A stretch of DNA of 64,000 nucleotides from Escherichia phage SKA64. Numbering within the stretch: position 1 is the stretch's first letter; each line of letters opens with the position of its first letter. The position numbers were made by a program, and so were the translations under genes. Shown here one piece after another: positions 42,389-51,956 of the stretch. The DNA lies in the sequence record OM362897.1; one strand, given 5' to 3'. A model generated the notes under the pieces. It had not been told where the DNA came from and did no database searches. It saw nothing but the letters and a program-made list of their open reading frames with translations.

Positions 42389-43333
42389 ATGGGACAAATA
42401 ATTCTTGACAATCGTAACGGAATCAATTATAGTGTCTGCGATTTCCATAGGGTAGTGCTGCCTTACTCAAGGCAGTTCTCTTCACAACCTAAACACAACG
42501 TTTTCGTTTTTAACGGAGTGCCAACAAAAGGTAAAGAGGGCTTTTTAGCCCTTAAAAACCTAGGCTTTAAAATGGTTATGGATTTGGATGACTCTTTAGT
42601 TATTCCAAAAGGACACATGTTAGAAGGTATTTTTGAATCAGGTATTCGTGAACATTTAAAATGGTTTTTAGAGCACAGCGATCTTGTTACAACTACGACA
42701 CCTGCTTTGCAAGTTGAACTTTCACAATACAATGATAATGTGCACATAATCCCTAATGGTCTTCCTTACGATGAAGGTCAATTTGTGTTGACCCGTGATC
42801 GCTACTCCAAAACTCCATTAGTCTGGGCGGGAAGTGAAACACATAAACAAGATTTGGCTATCTTGCCCGATTTTGGTAAAGATCTTACGATATGTGGTTT
42901 TCGTAGGGATTCTGAAGTTTTAAGTAGTCGTGAATGGTCTGTGATCAGAGAAAATGTAGCACCAACTTGTGTTTATGAAGGTGTAAGACCATATGCCAAC
43001 TACATGGAATCTTACGATGGTCATCAAATCAGTCTTGCGCCATTGATTGATAACGTGTTTAATAATGCAAAAAGCAATCTTAAAATTCTTGAGGCAGGTG
43101 CTAAGGGTTTACCTTTGATCTGTTCTCCTCGTGAGAATTATCATACACAAGAGTTTAAAGATTTGTTATTCTTTGCTGAAACGCCTTCCGAGTGGAAAGA
43201 TATTACGGAATACTTATTAAGTGCTCCCGATGTTTGCATGGAGAAAGGATTAGCATTAGCTAAGTATGTCAGGACTCATTATCACATTGATGTGTTGAAT
43301 GAGCGTCGTAGACTTTTATTTGAGGAGCTATAA
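42389..43333 (+). CDS. putative glycosyltransferase, paralog 2
   Basis: ORF track; tandem paralog of 41434..42381. Confidence 0.4.
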   Translation: MGQIILDNRNGINYSVCDFHRVVLPYSRQFSSQPKHNVFVFNGVPTKGKEGFLALKNLGFKMVMDLDDSLVIPKGHMLEGIFESGIREHLKWFLEHSDLVTTTTPALQVELSQYNDNVHIIPNGLPYDEGQFVLTRDRYSKTPLVWAGSETHKQDLAILPDFGKDLTICGFRRDSEVLSSREWSVIRENVAPTCVYEGVRPYANYMESYDGHQISLAPLIDNVFNNAKSNLKILEAGAKGLPLICSPRENYHTQEFKDLLFFAETPSEWKDITEYLLSAPDVCMEKGLALAKYVRTHYHIDVLNERRRLLFEEL

Positions 43334-43611
43334 TGATTAACACTTTTGATTTTGAATACACCACTCGTAACGGGAAAGCTTTAGTCGTGGAGGTGGATTA
43401 CTATTATGAAGAGCCTAACCCGCTTTCTCGTGAAAGTGATTGGGATTACCACGGAGGGCTTTTAATTGACGGTATTCGTTTTTATGAAGGCTCTACAGAA
43501 GTTTTTGAAAAAGATTTAAATGTGACTGTAGCAGAAATTGCTTTCCAATTTAGAAAGCATATGGAAGAACTAGAAGCAGAATATATGATGGAGACTAACG
43601 AACCATTTTAA
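43333..43611 (+). CDS. hypothetical protein (92 aa)
   Basis: ORF track; GAGGAG RBS. Confidence 0.6.
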   Translation: MINTFDFEYTTRNGKALVVEVDYYYEEPNPLSRESDWDYHGGLLIDGIRFYEGSTEVFEKDLNVTVAEIAFQFRKHMEELEAEYMMETNEPF

Positions 43612-43623
43612 CAGGAGAACAAA

Positions 43624-45402
43624 GTGTCGCACATTATAACTAAATATGGATTTGATGTTGATCTTAGCAAGGAAGGGCATACAGGTTGTCCGCGCTGCAT
43701 GAAAAATGGCAAGGATCGCTCTCGTAATAACCTGATGGTTTATGGATTAGATTCTAATGGAGAGCATAAAGGTGCTAAGTGCTTTGCGTGTGAATACACT
43801 ATTCCTAGCGTAGAATGGTTACGAGAAAATGGTGAAGTTTTAGAAGAAGAGGAGGAGATTGTGGGTTCGGAATTTAATAAACAGATTCATCGTAAAATTG
43901 TTCAAGAAACATCAACCAACCCACGTGGTTATCGAGGCATTAAAGAAAAAGTTTCATCTTTCTATGGTGTTCGTTATGAATACCGTCAGGAAGGGGATCA
44001 GATGGTAGTAGAAAGTTGTTTATATCCAACTACTATCGGTAAAGAGTTGGTTGGTTTTAAGCGTCGTATTCATCCTAAAGATTTCAGTAAACCTATTGGT
44101 CAAGTAGGTAAAGATGTAGATCTTTTTGGACAAATTCGTTTTGCAGACCGTTCTCATACTGTGGTAATTACAGGTGGTGAACACGATGCTCTGGCAGCTT
44201 ATCAAATGCTGTCTGAAAACTTGGACAACAAATATGAACTTCCAGCAGTAGTTAGTGGCACAACTGGTGAAACCAGTATGTATAAACAAGTTCAGGCACA
44301 ATATCCTTTCTTTGAAAAATTTAAGAAGATTATTGTTTGCATGGATAATGACAAAGCAGGTAATGAGGCATTTGAAAATATTGTTAAGGTGCTGCCTCGT
44401 AACAAAGTCTACCGTATGCAGATGGATCTTAAGGATGCCAATCAGTATCTGGAAGAAGGTCGTGCAAAAGATTTCGTAAAAGCTTTTTGGAGTGCTCGTC
44501 TATACACCCCAGCAGGTGTTTATGCTTCTAATGTCTTGTATGAAGCTGCATTAGAATGCTTGGAATCCAAGATGATTACCTTGCCTCCTTTTATGCGTGT
44601 TGCTGCAAATATGCTGGGTGGTGGTTTAGTAGAGGAAGAGATTACAGTCATCCTGGCAAAGACCAGTATCGGTAAAACTTTGATGGTGAATGAGATCACC
44701 AAACATATTATTGTTGCACACCCAGAACATACCCTAGGTATTCTGTCCTTGGAAGCAACTTATAAGAAATATTCTCGTAACCTGTTGTCCTCGTTCCTGC
44801 ATATTCCTCTACACAGGAAAACACCGGAAGAGAAATTTCAAATCTTGGAAGAGAATAAAGAAAAAATCTTAGATTTTTACGAAAGAGAAGATGGATCGCC
44901 ACGTTTTTATGTGTGTGATGATCGTGGAGCAGATGTGGAGTCTATCAAAGAAAAAGTTTTGGAGATGATCATCTATTTTGGAGTAACAATTCTTGTTATC
45001 GACCCTTATTCTGATTTGCTTTCTGGTATGGATGTTCAAGCCCAGGAAGAGTTAGCAACATGGTTGAAGCGCATCATGAAAGAGTATGCTATAACTATTA
45101 TCGTCATCTCACACGTTAAGAAATCGGCTAATGGTGGCAATGAACACTTAACAGAGGACGATGCAATGGGTAGTAGTTTCTTGGCTAAAGGTGCTGGTAT
45201 TACCTTGGCTTTGGAACGAGATAAAGCCGCTGAAGATCCTGTAGAACGTAATACGACTCATTGCTTTATCCTAAAAAACCGTGAGTTCTCGGAAACTGGT
45301 CCGGCAGGGCAGTTTTACTATGACATTAGAACTGCAACTCTGCATGACAAAGAGCAGTATTTCAACAATCCTGCTAATTTGCCTACGGATAGCAACTATT
45401 AA
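43624..45402 (+). CDS. T7 gp4-type bifunctional DNA primase-helicase
   Basis: GTG start; N-terminal Cys4 Zn-ribbon (CPRC...CFAC), TOPRIM acidic motifs (ITGGEHD, CMDNDKAG), helicase P-loop AKTSIGKT. Confidence 0.85.
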   Translation: MSHIITKYGFDVDLSKEGHTGCPRCMKNGKDRSRNNLMVYGLDSNGEHKGAKCFACEYTIPSVEWLRENGEVLEEEEEIVGSEFNKQIHRKIVQETSTNPRGYRGIKEKVSSFYGVRYEYRQEGDQMVVESCLYPTTIGKELVGFKRRIHPKDFSKPIGQVGKDVDLFGQIRFADRSHTVVITGGEHDALAAYQMLSENLDNKYELPAVVSGTTGETSMYKQVQAQYPFFEKFKKIIVCMDNDKAGNEAFENIVKVLPRNKVYRMQMDLKDANQYLEEGRAKDFVKAFWSARLYTPAGVYASNVLYEAALECLESKMITLPPFMRVAANMLGGGLVEEEITVILAKTSIGKTLMVNEITKHIIVAHPEHTLGILSLEATYKKYSRNLLSSFLHIPLHRKTPEEKFQILEENKEKILDFYEREDGSPRFYVCDDRGADVESIKEKVLEMIIYFGVTILVIDPYSDLLSGMDVQAQEELATWLKRIMKEYAITIIVISHVKKSANGGNEHLTEDDAMGSSFLAKGAGITLALERDKAAEDPVERNTTHCFILKNREFSETGPAGQFYYDIRTATLHDKEQYFNNPANLPTDSNY

Positions 45403-45425
45403 GGGCTTCGGCCCTTTTATTAAAA
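45401..45425 (+). terminator. rho-independent terminator
   Basis: AAGGGC-TTCG-GCCCTT then TTATT. Confidence 0.65.
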
Positions 45426-45432
45426 ATACCTG

Positions 45433-45461
45433 TTGACAACTTTACGGAAGGGACTTATACT
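45433..45461 (+). promoter_or_regulatory. consensus sigma70 promoter
   Basis: TTGACA-N17-TATACT. Confidence 0.65.
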
Positions 45462-45494
45462 TGTCTCATCAACCAAACAAGAGGAGAAGTAAAA

Positions 45495-45926
45495 ATGCGT
45501 ATGACAATCGATCTGAATGCAAAAGTTAAAGCTGCTGGTGCTCTGGGTGCTGGTGTTATTAAACACAAACAAGCGTTGGCATTTGCCATCCCACATATGA
45601 TTGTTGAGGATCATCCTGAAGAGTTTGCTGTAAAAGTTGTTGAGAACAATGTCTCTGTTATTGAACATCTTCCAACTGGACGTTCTTACCGTGTTGTTTC
45701 TTCTAAAGGTTTCCGTTTCGATGTAAGCCCTTCTTTCACAAAAGGTGCTGGTCGTAGTAAAGTGGGTATTCTTTCTTACAAATATTATATCGATAAAGTT
45801 GCAGATGGTGTCGCATTCTGTCGTGTAAGTGAAGGTAAAGTAGATATCATCTTTAAAAATACCAAAAACATGGTTATTTCTGACGATGGTAAAGTTGACC
45901 TCACTATTGAGTTCGCTAACAACTAA
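45495..45926 (+). CDS. hypothetical protein (143 aa), likely abundant
   Basis: ORF track; strong promoter and GAGGAGAAG RBS. Confidence 0.6.
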   Translation: MRMTIDLNAKVKAAGALGAGVIKHKQALAFAIPHMIVEDHPEEFAVKVVENNVSVIEHLPTGRSYRVVSSKGFRFDVSPSFTKGAGRSKVGILSYKYYIDKVADGVAFCRVSEGKVDIIFKNTKNMVISDDGKVDLTIEFANN

Positions 45927-45935
45927 GGAGGACTA

Positions 45936-46730
45936 TTGAGCAAGTTGAATACACTTGATCAATATTACACTAACCCCGCTTATGCGGGGTTCTTATGTGA
46001 TAAGATCAAAGAAATTTTTGGAGAGGAAGCTAACTACGTAGAACCATCTGCGGGAGAAGGAGCTTTCTCTTCTTGTTTTAAAAACATAACTTCTTTTGAT
46101 ATTGACCCTAAGTTTGAAGATTGTATTGAGGCAGATTTTTTAGCTCAATCTGTTGAGTCTGTTGGCAGTGTAACTGCTTTTGTCGGTAATCCTCCGTTTG
46201 GAAAAAATGCCAGTCTTGCCATTAAGTTCTTTAACCATTGTGCTGAAATGTTGGATAACGAAGGTGGTATTTGTTTTATCTTGCCTCGCACATTTCAAAA
46301 AATCTTTTTTGCACACAAACTAAATCCCCACATGCATCTTCTTTACGAAGAAGAATGTCCAAAAGGATCTTTTATTCTTCATGGAGAACCTTGGGATGTT
46401 CCTTGTGTATTCCAGATATGGATTAAACGCAACGAGAAGCGTTCTCCCGTTGTTTTAGGAGAGAATCGACTGTTCGTATTAGGTAACAGTAAAGACTACG
46501 ATATAGCCGTTAGGAGAGCGGGAGCAAGTGCAGGTAAAGTGTTATCAGAAGAGGATTCTTTATCTGAAGCATCTACCTATTTTTTAAAAACCTTGACTTC
46601 TGATCTTAAAACGCGTATCATTGAGGCTTACCCGTTACTTAAAGCTGAAGCTAGTAAAACTGCGGGAGTAAGAAGTTTAAGTTTAAAAGAACTTCAGTGG
46701 GTTCTGGAGAACATTAGAAAGGAGGAATAG
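45936..46730 (+). CDS. DNA N6-adenine methyltransferase (orphan)
   Basis: TTG start after AAGGAGG; motif I EPSAGEGAF and motif IV VGNPPFGK. Confidence 0.65.
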   Translation: MSKLNTLDQYYTNPAYAGFLCDKIKEIFGEEANYVEPSAGEGAFSSCFKNITSFDIDPKFEDCIEADFLAQSVESVGSVTAFVGNPPFGKNASLAIKFFNHCAEMLDNEGGICFILPRTFQKIFFAHKLNPHMHLLYEEECPKGSFILHGEPWDVPCVFQIWIKRNEKRSPVVLGENRLFVLGNSKDYDIAVRRAGASAGKVLSEEDSLSEASTYFLKTLTSDLKTRIIEAYPLLKAEASKTAGVRSLSLKELQWVLENIRKEE

Positions 46731-49327
46731 TGAGTAAGTTTACATGGGATATTGAAGCAAACGGATTGTTGAATAATGACACTATTGATTATTTAGCTAG
46801 TCCTTATCGTCTCAAAGACACATTTCAAATGCACTGTATTGTCTTAGAGAACCATGAAACAGGAGAAATAGTAGCTTTCCACGATGGCCCTAAATACATC
46901 TTTGATGGGCGTCCTTATGAAGAGTCAGATGGTAAATACACATATGTTCTTAAAGAGTATGTGGCGCAAGATTACACACATTTTCAACTAAAAGATTTCC
47001 CAGATTTTATTAATCATGAAGGTTATTTTAAAGACAAGCCTGAATATCTGGTTGAAATGGCTGTGGCTCACAACGGTATCAACTACGACTGGTTGGCTAC
47101 AAAACTGTTTTATGGATTAGATTACAGTGTTAAATATAATACGTGGGGCAAAAATAAGGTAAAACTTATTGACTCCTTGATTTTGAGTAAAGTGTTAAAC
47201 CCAGATCGAAAGATTGAGGGCAAATCAGGACATAGCTTGGCAGCACTTTCTCGAAAAGCAGGTGGTGATGTAAAAATAGATTTCCGTAAAGAGATCCCAG
47301 AAGAAGATCGATTTAAGACTTTTGCTGCGGATATGCTTTATTACTGTATCTATGACAACAAAGCCAATACGAGCGTATATAATTACCTTATGGAAGAATG
47401 GGGTGATTATGATAAATGGGAAGGTCCATTTGAACTTGAACAACGGGTAGCAGACATTATTACACGCCAGGAACACCGTGGGTTTGCTTTTAACATGAAA
47501 CAAGCAGAAGAGAACCTTGCTTTTTTGGATGCAGAAATGGAGCGTCTTCGTTTACTCGTTGAGCCTATTTTGCCACCTAAACCAGCAACAAAAGGTTATC
47601 TTAAGGCTTTTATTCCACCTAAGTTGCAAATTAAAAAGAACTTAGAGCCAACTAACCATATGATCAATTTTGCTAAGAAACATGATGGTCATTTGGAAGA
47701 GAGGGATGGCGATTGGTGGTTAGTTATGTTGGGGAAAGAGTGGAAACTGCCAGTTGCAGCAGATGAGCCTCTATGTGATCCTAACATTCCTGCAACATTG
47801 AACGATACAACCCATATTAAAAACTGGCTTGTAGGATTAGGTTGGGTACCGTCTGAATATAAAGATAAAGACTTGACTCTTAAATCTGGCACCAAGATTA
47901 AAAAGAGCGAGGAAGAACTTCAGAAAGGTATTCGAGCTTACGTTGAGCAAACTCTATCTTCTAATTTTTGTCAGGATCGTTGTGATCATCTGGAGTGCAC
48001 ACCGGAAACCCTGGAAAGGAAGATTCAAGAGCGTATAGCAAAAGGTAAAGGTCGCGGTCTTAAAGTATTGACTAACCCATGTTTTACCAAAGGTCAGGAA
48101 AAAGAAATTTGTCCTAACCTGCAAGCTTTGGGTGAGAAGTTTCCTTATGCTACACAGATTGTAGAATACTTAACGTATAAACATCGTAGGAACTCTATTT
48201 TAGGTGGCGGTGCTGATTGGGAAGAAGATGAAGAAGATCAAGAATACGATAAAGGTTTCTTAGCCGCAGTAAGGGCGGATGGGCGTATTCCTACCCCAGC
48301 CGCTACATGTGATGCTGCAACCTCTCGTATGAAGCATAGATCTGTAGCTAATATTCCTCGTGTCACATCTTTGTTTGGATGGGAGATGCGTAACTTGTTT
48401 GGTGTAGAGGTTCCTAAATACTTCCAGATCGGCTACGACTTCGACTCTTTGGAAGCAAAAATTGAATCACACTACTGTTGGCGGTACGAGCCGGAGCCAC
48501 ACGAATATTGTAACGCTCTGTTGTTAGAGAAACCTAACGATGTTCACACAATGATGGCAAAACGTATCACTGAAACTATTGGACGTAAATTTGAACGTAG
48601 TCCTGCTAAATCTGTTAAGTATGGTATTACCTATGGTGCACAAGCCGACAAGGTTGCTAAAACAATTGGTAGCGATAAGTTTACAGGTCAATTAGTGTTT
48701 GATGCTTTCTGGGAAGCTGCATTCCCATTGGCGCGTCTTAAAGAACGTTTAAACGATTTCTGGGTTAAGACTGGTAAACAATATGTTTTGGGTATTGACG
48801 GTCGTAAGGTTCCTACTCGTTCTGCTCACGCGATTCTTAACTCTCTGTTCCAAAGTGGTGGGGTTATCTGTGCTAAACGTGCAATGGTTATTTATGACGA
48901 CATGATCGAAGAAGAAGGACTAAGTGTTGACTTCTTTAAAGATGACTGGAAGAATAAAGACTTCGTGCAACAAATGATTGCATATCACGATGAAGCCCAG
49001 CTTGAAGTTTCTCGTAACCTCGTAGAATTTAAATGGTTTTCACCTGAATCATTAGGTTGGAAGAAAGTAGACGATCCTGAAGAACAAAAGAAAATTGATA
49101 AAGAATGCCTTGCTAAAGTTGAAGAATGGAAGCATAATAAGGAAAAAGAGACGGGACAAATTTGGGCTAACATTCATGAATCTCCCAAAGGTGGATGGTT
49201 TACAGCCTATAGTCGGGCAGGTGAACTTGCTGCCTTAGCTGTTACTAAGGCTGGAGAATTTTACAATCTTAATGTTCAGCTTACTGCCGGATATGATGTG
49301 GGTAATTCCTGGGCATCCTGTCATTGA
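46730..49327 (+). CDS. T7-like family A DNA polymerase
   Basis: 865 aa; 3'-5' exo motif FTWDIEANGLL at N-terminus; GIDGRKVPTRSAHAILNSLFQSGG and C-terminal NSWASCH parallel T7 gp5. Confidence 0.9.
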   Translation: MSKFTWDIEANGLLNNDTIDYLASPYRLKDTFQMHCIVLENHETGEIVAFHDGPKYIFDGRPYEESDGKYTYVLKEYVAQDYTHFQLKDFPDFINHEGYFKDKPEYLVEMAVAHNGINYDWLATKLFYGLDYSVKYNTWGKNKVKLIDSLILSKVLNPDRKIEGKSGHSLAALSRKAGGDVKIDFRKEIPEEDRFKTFAADMLYYCIYDNKANTSVYNYLMEEWGDYDKWEGPFELEQRVADIITRQEHRGFAFNMKQAEENLAFLDAEMERLRLLVEPILPPKPATKGYLKAFIPPKLQIKKNLEPTNHMINFAKKHDGHLEERDGDWWLVMLGKEWKLPVAADEPLCDPNIPATLNDTTHIKNWLVGLGWVPSEYKDKDLTLKSGTKIKKSEEELQKGIRAYVEQTLSSNFCQDRCDHLECTPETLERKIQERIAKGKGRGLKVLTNPCFTKGQEKEICPNLQALGEKFPYATQIVEYLTYKHRRNSILGGGADWEEDEEDQEYDKGFLAAVRADGRIPTPAATCDAATSRMKHRSVANIPRVTSLFGWEMRNLFGVEVPKYFQIGYDFDSLEAKIESHYCWRYEPEPHEYCNALLLEKPNDVHTMMAKRITETIGRKFERSPAKSVKYGITYGAQADKVAKTIGSDKFTGQLVFDAFWEAAFPLARLKERLNDFWVKTGKQYVLGIDGRKVPTRSAHAILNSLFQSGGVICAKRAMVIYDDMIEEEGLSVDFFKDDWKNKDFVQQMIAYHDEAQLEVSRNLVEFKWFSPESLGWKKVDDPEEQKKIDKECLAKVEEWKHNKEKETGQIWANIHESPKGGWFTAYSRAGELAALAVTKAGEFYNLNVQLTAGYDVGNSWASCH

Positions 49328-49345
49328 TCTAACGTATTGTTTTAT

Positions 49346-49368
49346 AAGGGGCTTCTGCCCCTTTATAG
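49346..49368 (+). terminator. rho-independent terminator candidate
   Basis: AAGGGGC-TTCT-GCCCCTT then TATAGG. Confidence 0.5.
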
Positions 49369-49377
49369 GAGAAGATA

Positions 49378-49568
49378 TGAGTTACGATTTAGATTATTTT
49401 GGTATGCCTTACCTACCAGATGAATTTGAAGGTGAAGAAGAACGTGAATGGGACGATGGGGATATCCGTTGTTGGTCTTGTGGTAAAGATATGTCTTATG
49501 AACAACATATGCACAATGATGGTTTCTGTATACATTGTTATAATGAAATTGATCTGGAGGAAGATTAA
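49378..49568 (+). CDS. Zn-ribbon protein (63 aa)
   Basis: ATG after ATAGGAGAAG; CWSCG...CIHC. Confidence 0.5.
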
Positions 49569-49726
49569 TGGGAAATGGTATCATGATTTGCTATAAAATT
49601 GTGCGTATTGTCGGAGACGAAGTTACCACTCGGTATTTTATGATAGAGTCTCAAGCCGATGAGGTTTACAATGACTGGCTTGAAAAGGTGGATACGATTT
49701 TGTATCTAAAGAAACTTTCCGTTTAG
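49568..49726 (+). CDS. hypothetical protein (52 aa)
   Basis: hand-translated; GGAGGAAG RBS; TAATG overlap. Confidence 0.4.
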   Translation: MGNGIMICYKIVRIVGDEVTTRYFMIESQADEVYNDWLEKVDTILYLKKLSV

Positions 49727-49744
49727 AAGTATAAGGAGAAAACA

Positions 49745-49963
49745 ATGCGTAAATTAGTGAGCTTTAATGTTTCAATTCTTGTTGATGAACAAAATGAAGA
49801 TGTTATTAAAGGTCTTGCAAATAAGATTGCAGGTGGAATGACGGAAGCTGAAGTGTGGGAAGAATGCGCTCGACTTTATGAGGAAGGTGTTATTGAGGTC
49901 TTGGGGGATGAGATTAATATGGACGATGTTGTAAAAGTAACTGTGGAGCGTATCAATGACTAA
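49745..49963 (+). CDS. hypothetical protein (72 aa)
   Basis: ORF track; TAAGGAGAAAA RBS. Confidence 0.6.
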   Translation: MRKLVSFNVSILVDEQNEDVIKGLANKIAGGMTEAEVWEECARLYEEGVIEVLGDEINMDDVVKVTVERIND

Positions 49964-50549
49964 ATCAAAACAAATCAATATTGCCAAAGAAATTCTTACC
50001 ATACTAAAGATCGCTGATCCTAATTCTGTCTTGGCTGGCGGTGCTGTTCGTGATTGGCGTATTCTTGATATTGCTGGACGTGATCTGGATTTCTATACAT
50101 CCCTTCCTGCACATCGGACTGAAGAACAAATACAAGGATTAATTGCATCTGCTTTAATGGGAACCAATATTCGTAAACTAGGAAACAAAGAGGCTTCTGA
50201 CAATTATGAAGGTGTTACTGGTCTTAAACACGTTTTTGAGTTTGAACGTGATGGTCAGCTTTGCAACCTTATGATTATGGAACCAAGCGTAATGACAACC
50301 TTTCTAAATGAGTTCGATCTGTCCATCTGCCAGGCTGCATTTGATGGGAAGGACTGTTATTATTCTAAAGATTTTGAAACAACCTTGGAAACAGGGATCT
50401 GCTTCTTGCACAAAGATGTTAGAGAAGATGCCAAACATGTTATTAAAATTGCTACACGTTTCCCATATCTTCGTTTTGTGAAAGAGGTTAAGGTTCCACG
50501 TCCACCTCAAGTAGATACCAGATTGGAAGAAGATGATATTCCTTGGTAA
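49956..50549 (+). CDS. minimal nucleotidyltransferase of the CCA-adding/poly(A) polymerase head-domain type
   Basis: LAGGAVRDWRILDIAGRDLDF matches GGxVRD...DxD signature of tRNA nucleotidyltransferases; only 197 aa. Confidence 0.55.
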   Translation: MTKSKQINIAKEILTILKIADPNSVLAGGAVRDWRILDIAGRDLDFYTSLPAHRTEEQIQGLIASALMGTNIRKLGNKEASDNYEGVTGLKHVFEFERDGQLCNLMIMEPSVMTTFLNEFDLSICQAAFDGKDCYYSKDFETTLETGICFLHKDVREDAKHVIKIATRFPYLRFVKEVKVPRPPQVDTRLEEDDIPW

Positions 50550-50556
50550 TTAAAGC

Positions 50557-50586
50557 TTGACAATATTAAACATTTTATGATAGGAT
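50557..50586 (+). promoter_or_regulatory. sigma70-like promoter candidate (near-leaderless)
   Basis: TTGACA-N18-TAGGAT ending 8 nt before ATG at 50595. Confidence 0.35.
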
Positions 50587-50594
50587 AGCATTCA

Positions 50595-50987
50595 ATGACT
50601 GAACGTTCTAAGATAGCTGTTGAAACTGTTTATGGAAACTATACCAGTTTGACACTAGTTGAGAAAAATGTTGTAGGTCTTGACAACTCTTTTTATTTTC
50701 AAATTTTGGTTATTCAAGGTGGAAACAAGAAGCTAACTGCTCGTGTCGAAACATCTGAAATAATTGAAACCACTGTTACAAACAAAGAATTCATTTCACT
50801 GCAAGATACAATCCGAAACGTTATAGACGAAGAAGGCAAAGCTGCCACAATTAAACTCGGAGGTTTCCCAGTGCAAATAGTTCATTTTCCTAATGGTGAA
50901 ATTGGAGTTGGAATAGGTAAAGGTAAATACCTGTTAGAGCAAGATGATATGGAAAGACTCCGCTCTTTCTGTGCAAAATTAATGTAA
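50595..50987 (+). CDS. hypothetical protein (130 aa)
   Basis: ORF track; weak RBS. Confidence 0.5.
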   Translation: MTERSKIAVETVYGNYTSLTLVEKNVVGLDNSFYFQILVIQGGNKKLTARVETSEIIETTVTNKEFISLQDTIRNVIDEEGKAATIKLGGFPVQIVHFPNGEIGVGIGKGKYLLEQDDMERLRSFCAKLM

Positions 50988-51003
50988 TGTAGAGGAGATA
51001 ATA

Positions 51004-51891
51004 ATGTCCGTAATTAATACTGAAACTGATCGTAAAGGCAAAACCGTAACTTATGCAACTGGTATCGTAGACTACGTTAAACTGGATAAATTCGCTGAAC
51101 CTAAAACCTTCCATTGGGAAGGAAAAACGATTGTTTCAACTCACCGAGCTTCTCTTGTTCTGAAAGAGAAAGGTGCTAAACCAGATGAGAAAGGTGTTTG
51201 GATTTCTCTTGGTGACATTGAACTGAAAGAAGGTTATGAAAACCTGCAAGTCAAAGAAGGTGATAATTGGATCACTATTGAAAAAGGTGTAGAAGTAAGT
51301 ATTGATATTGATCGCGTTGATAATAAAGGCGGTAAAACTTACTACAATACTAAAAAATCTCGTATTACAGTATTGTCTACCGATGGTGTTCAGAAGTCTA
51401 ACAAATCTTCTGGCAATAAAGGTTCCAACGATGCTGCTCCTAAGCAGTCCTATAAAAAACGTGATACCGTAGGTCTGGAAACTGGTCACGCAGTAAATGG
51501 TGCACTGGAACTGATTCGTAATGGTGTTAAAGGCGATGCTTTCGATATCGCTGGGGTTGTTCAATCTGCAACTGTCACGCTGAAATCTGAAATTGCTGAA
51601 TCTCGTGGCGTTGATATTAATGATTATGATCTTGGGGCATCTGTTGGTCACGCTATTCTCAATGCTTGTAAAGACCATACCATTAAGACTGTCTCTGTAG
51701 AAGATCTGATTGATTCTGCTCGTAAAGTTCTGGCTCTGTCTGATAAAGTTGCTGCTGCCATTCGTGGTTCCGCAGAACAACCTAAGAAAGAAGAGAAGAA
51801 AGAAGTTAAGAAACCTGAACCACAACCAGAACCAACTCCAAGCAATCAAGAAGAACCTCCAATGGACTTCGACGATGATATTCCGTTCTGA
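51004..51891 (+). CDS. single-stranded DNA-binding protein candidate
   Basis: C-terminus MDFDDDIPF identical to the acidic tip of bacterial SSB; Pro/Glu-rich linker before it. Confidence 0.55.
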   Translation: MSVINTETDRKGKTVTYATGIVDYVKLDKFAEPKTFHWEGKTIVSTHRASLVLKEKGAKPDEKGVWISLGDIELKEGYENLQVKEGDNWITIEKGVEVSIDIDRVDNKGGKTYYNTKKSRITVLSTDGVQKSNKSSGNKGSNDAAPKQSYKKRDTVGLETGHAVNGALELIRNGVKGDAFDIAGVVQSATVTLKSEIAESRGVDINDYDLGASVGHAILNACKDHTIKTVSVEDLIDSARKVLALSDKVAAAIRGSAEQPKKEEKKEVKKPEPQPEPTPSNQEEPPMDFDDDIPF

Positions 51892-51924
51892 TCTTATTGA
51901 TTTATAAAGAGTTTTTATAAAAGA

Positions 51925-51956
51925 AAAGGGAACCTTTGCTGGTTCCCTTTTTTATT
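51925..51956. terminator. bidirectional rho-independent terminator
   Basis: AAAAGGGAACC-TTTGCT-GGTTCCCTTTTTTATT between convergent genes. Confidence 0.7.

Noticed and set aside
51136-51849. 237-aa minus-strand ORF
   Set aside because: Antisense to the SSB-like gene; low-complexity translation.
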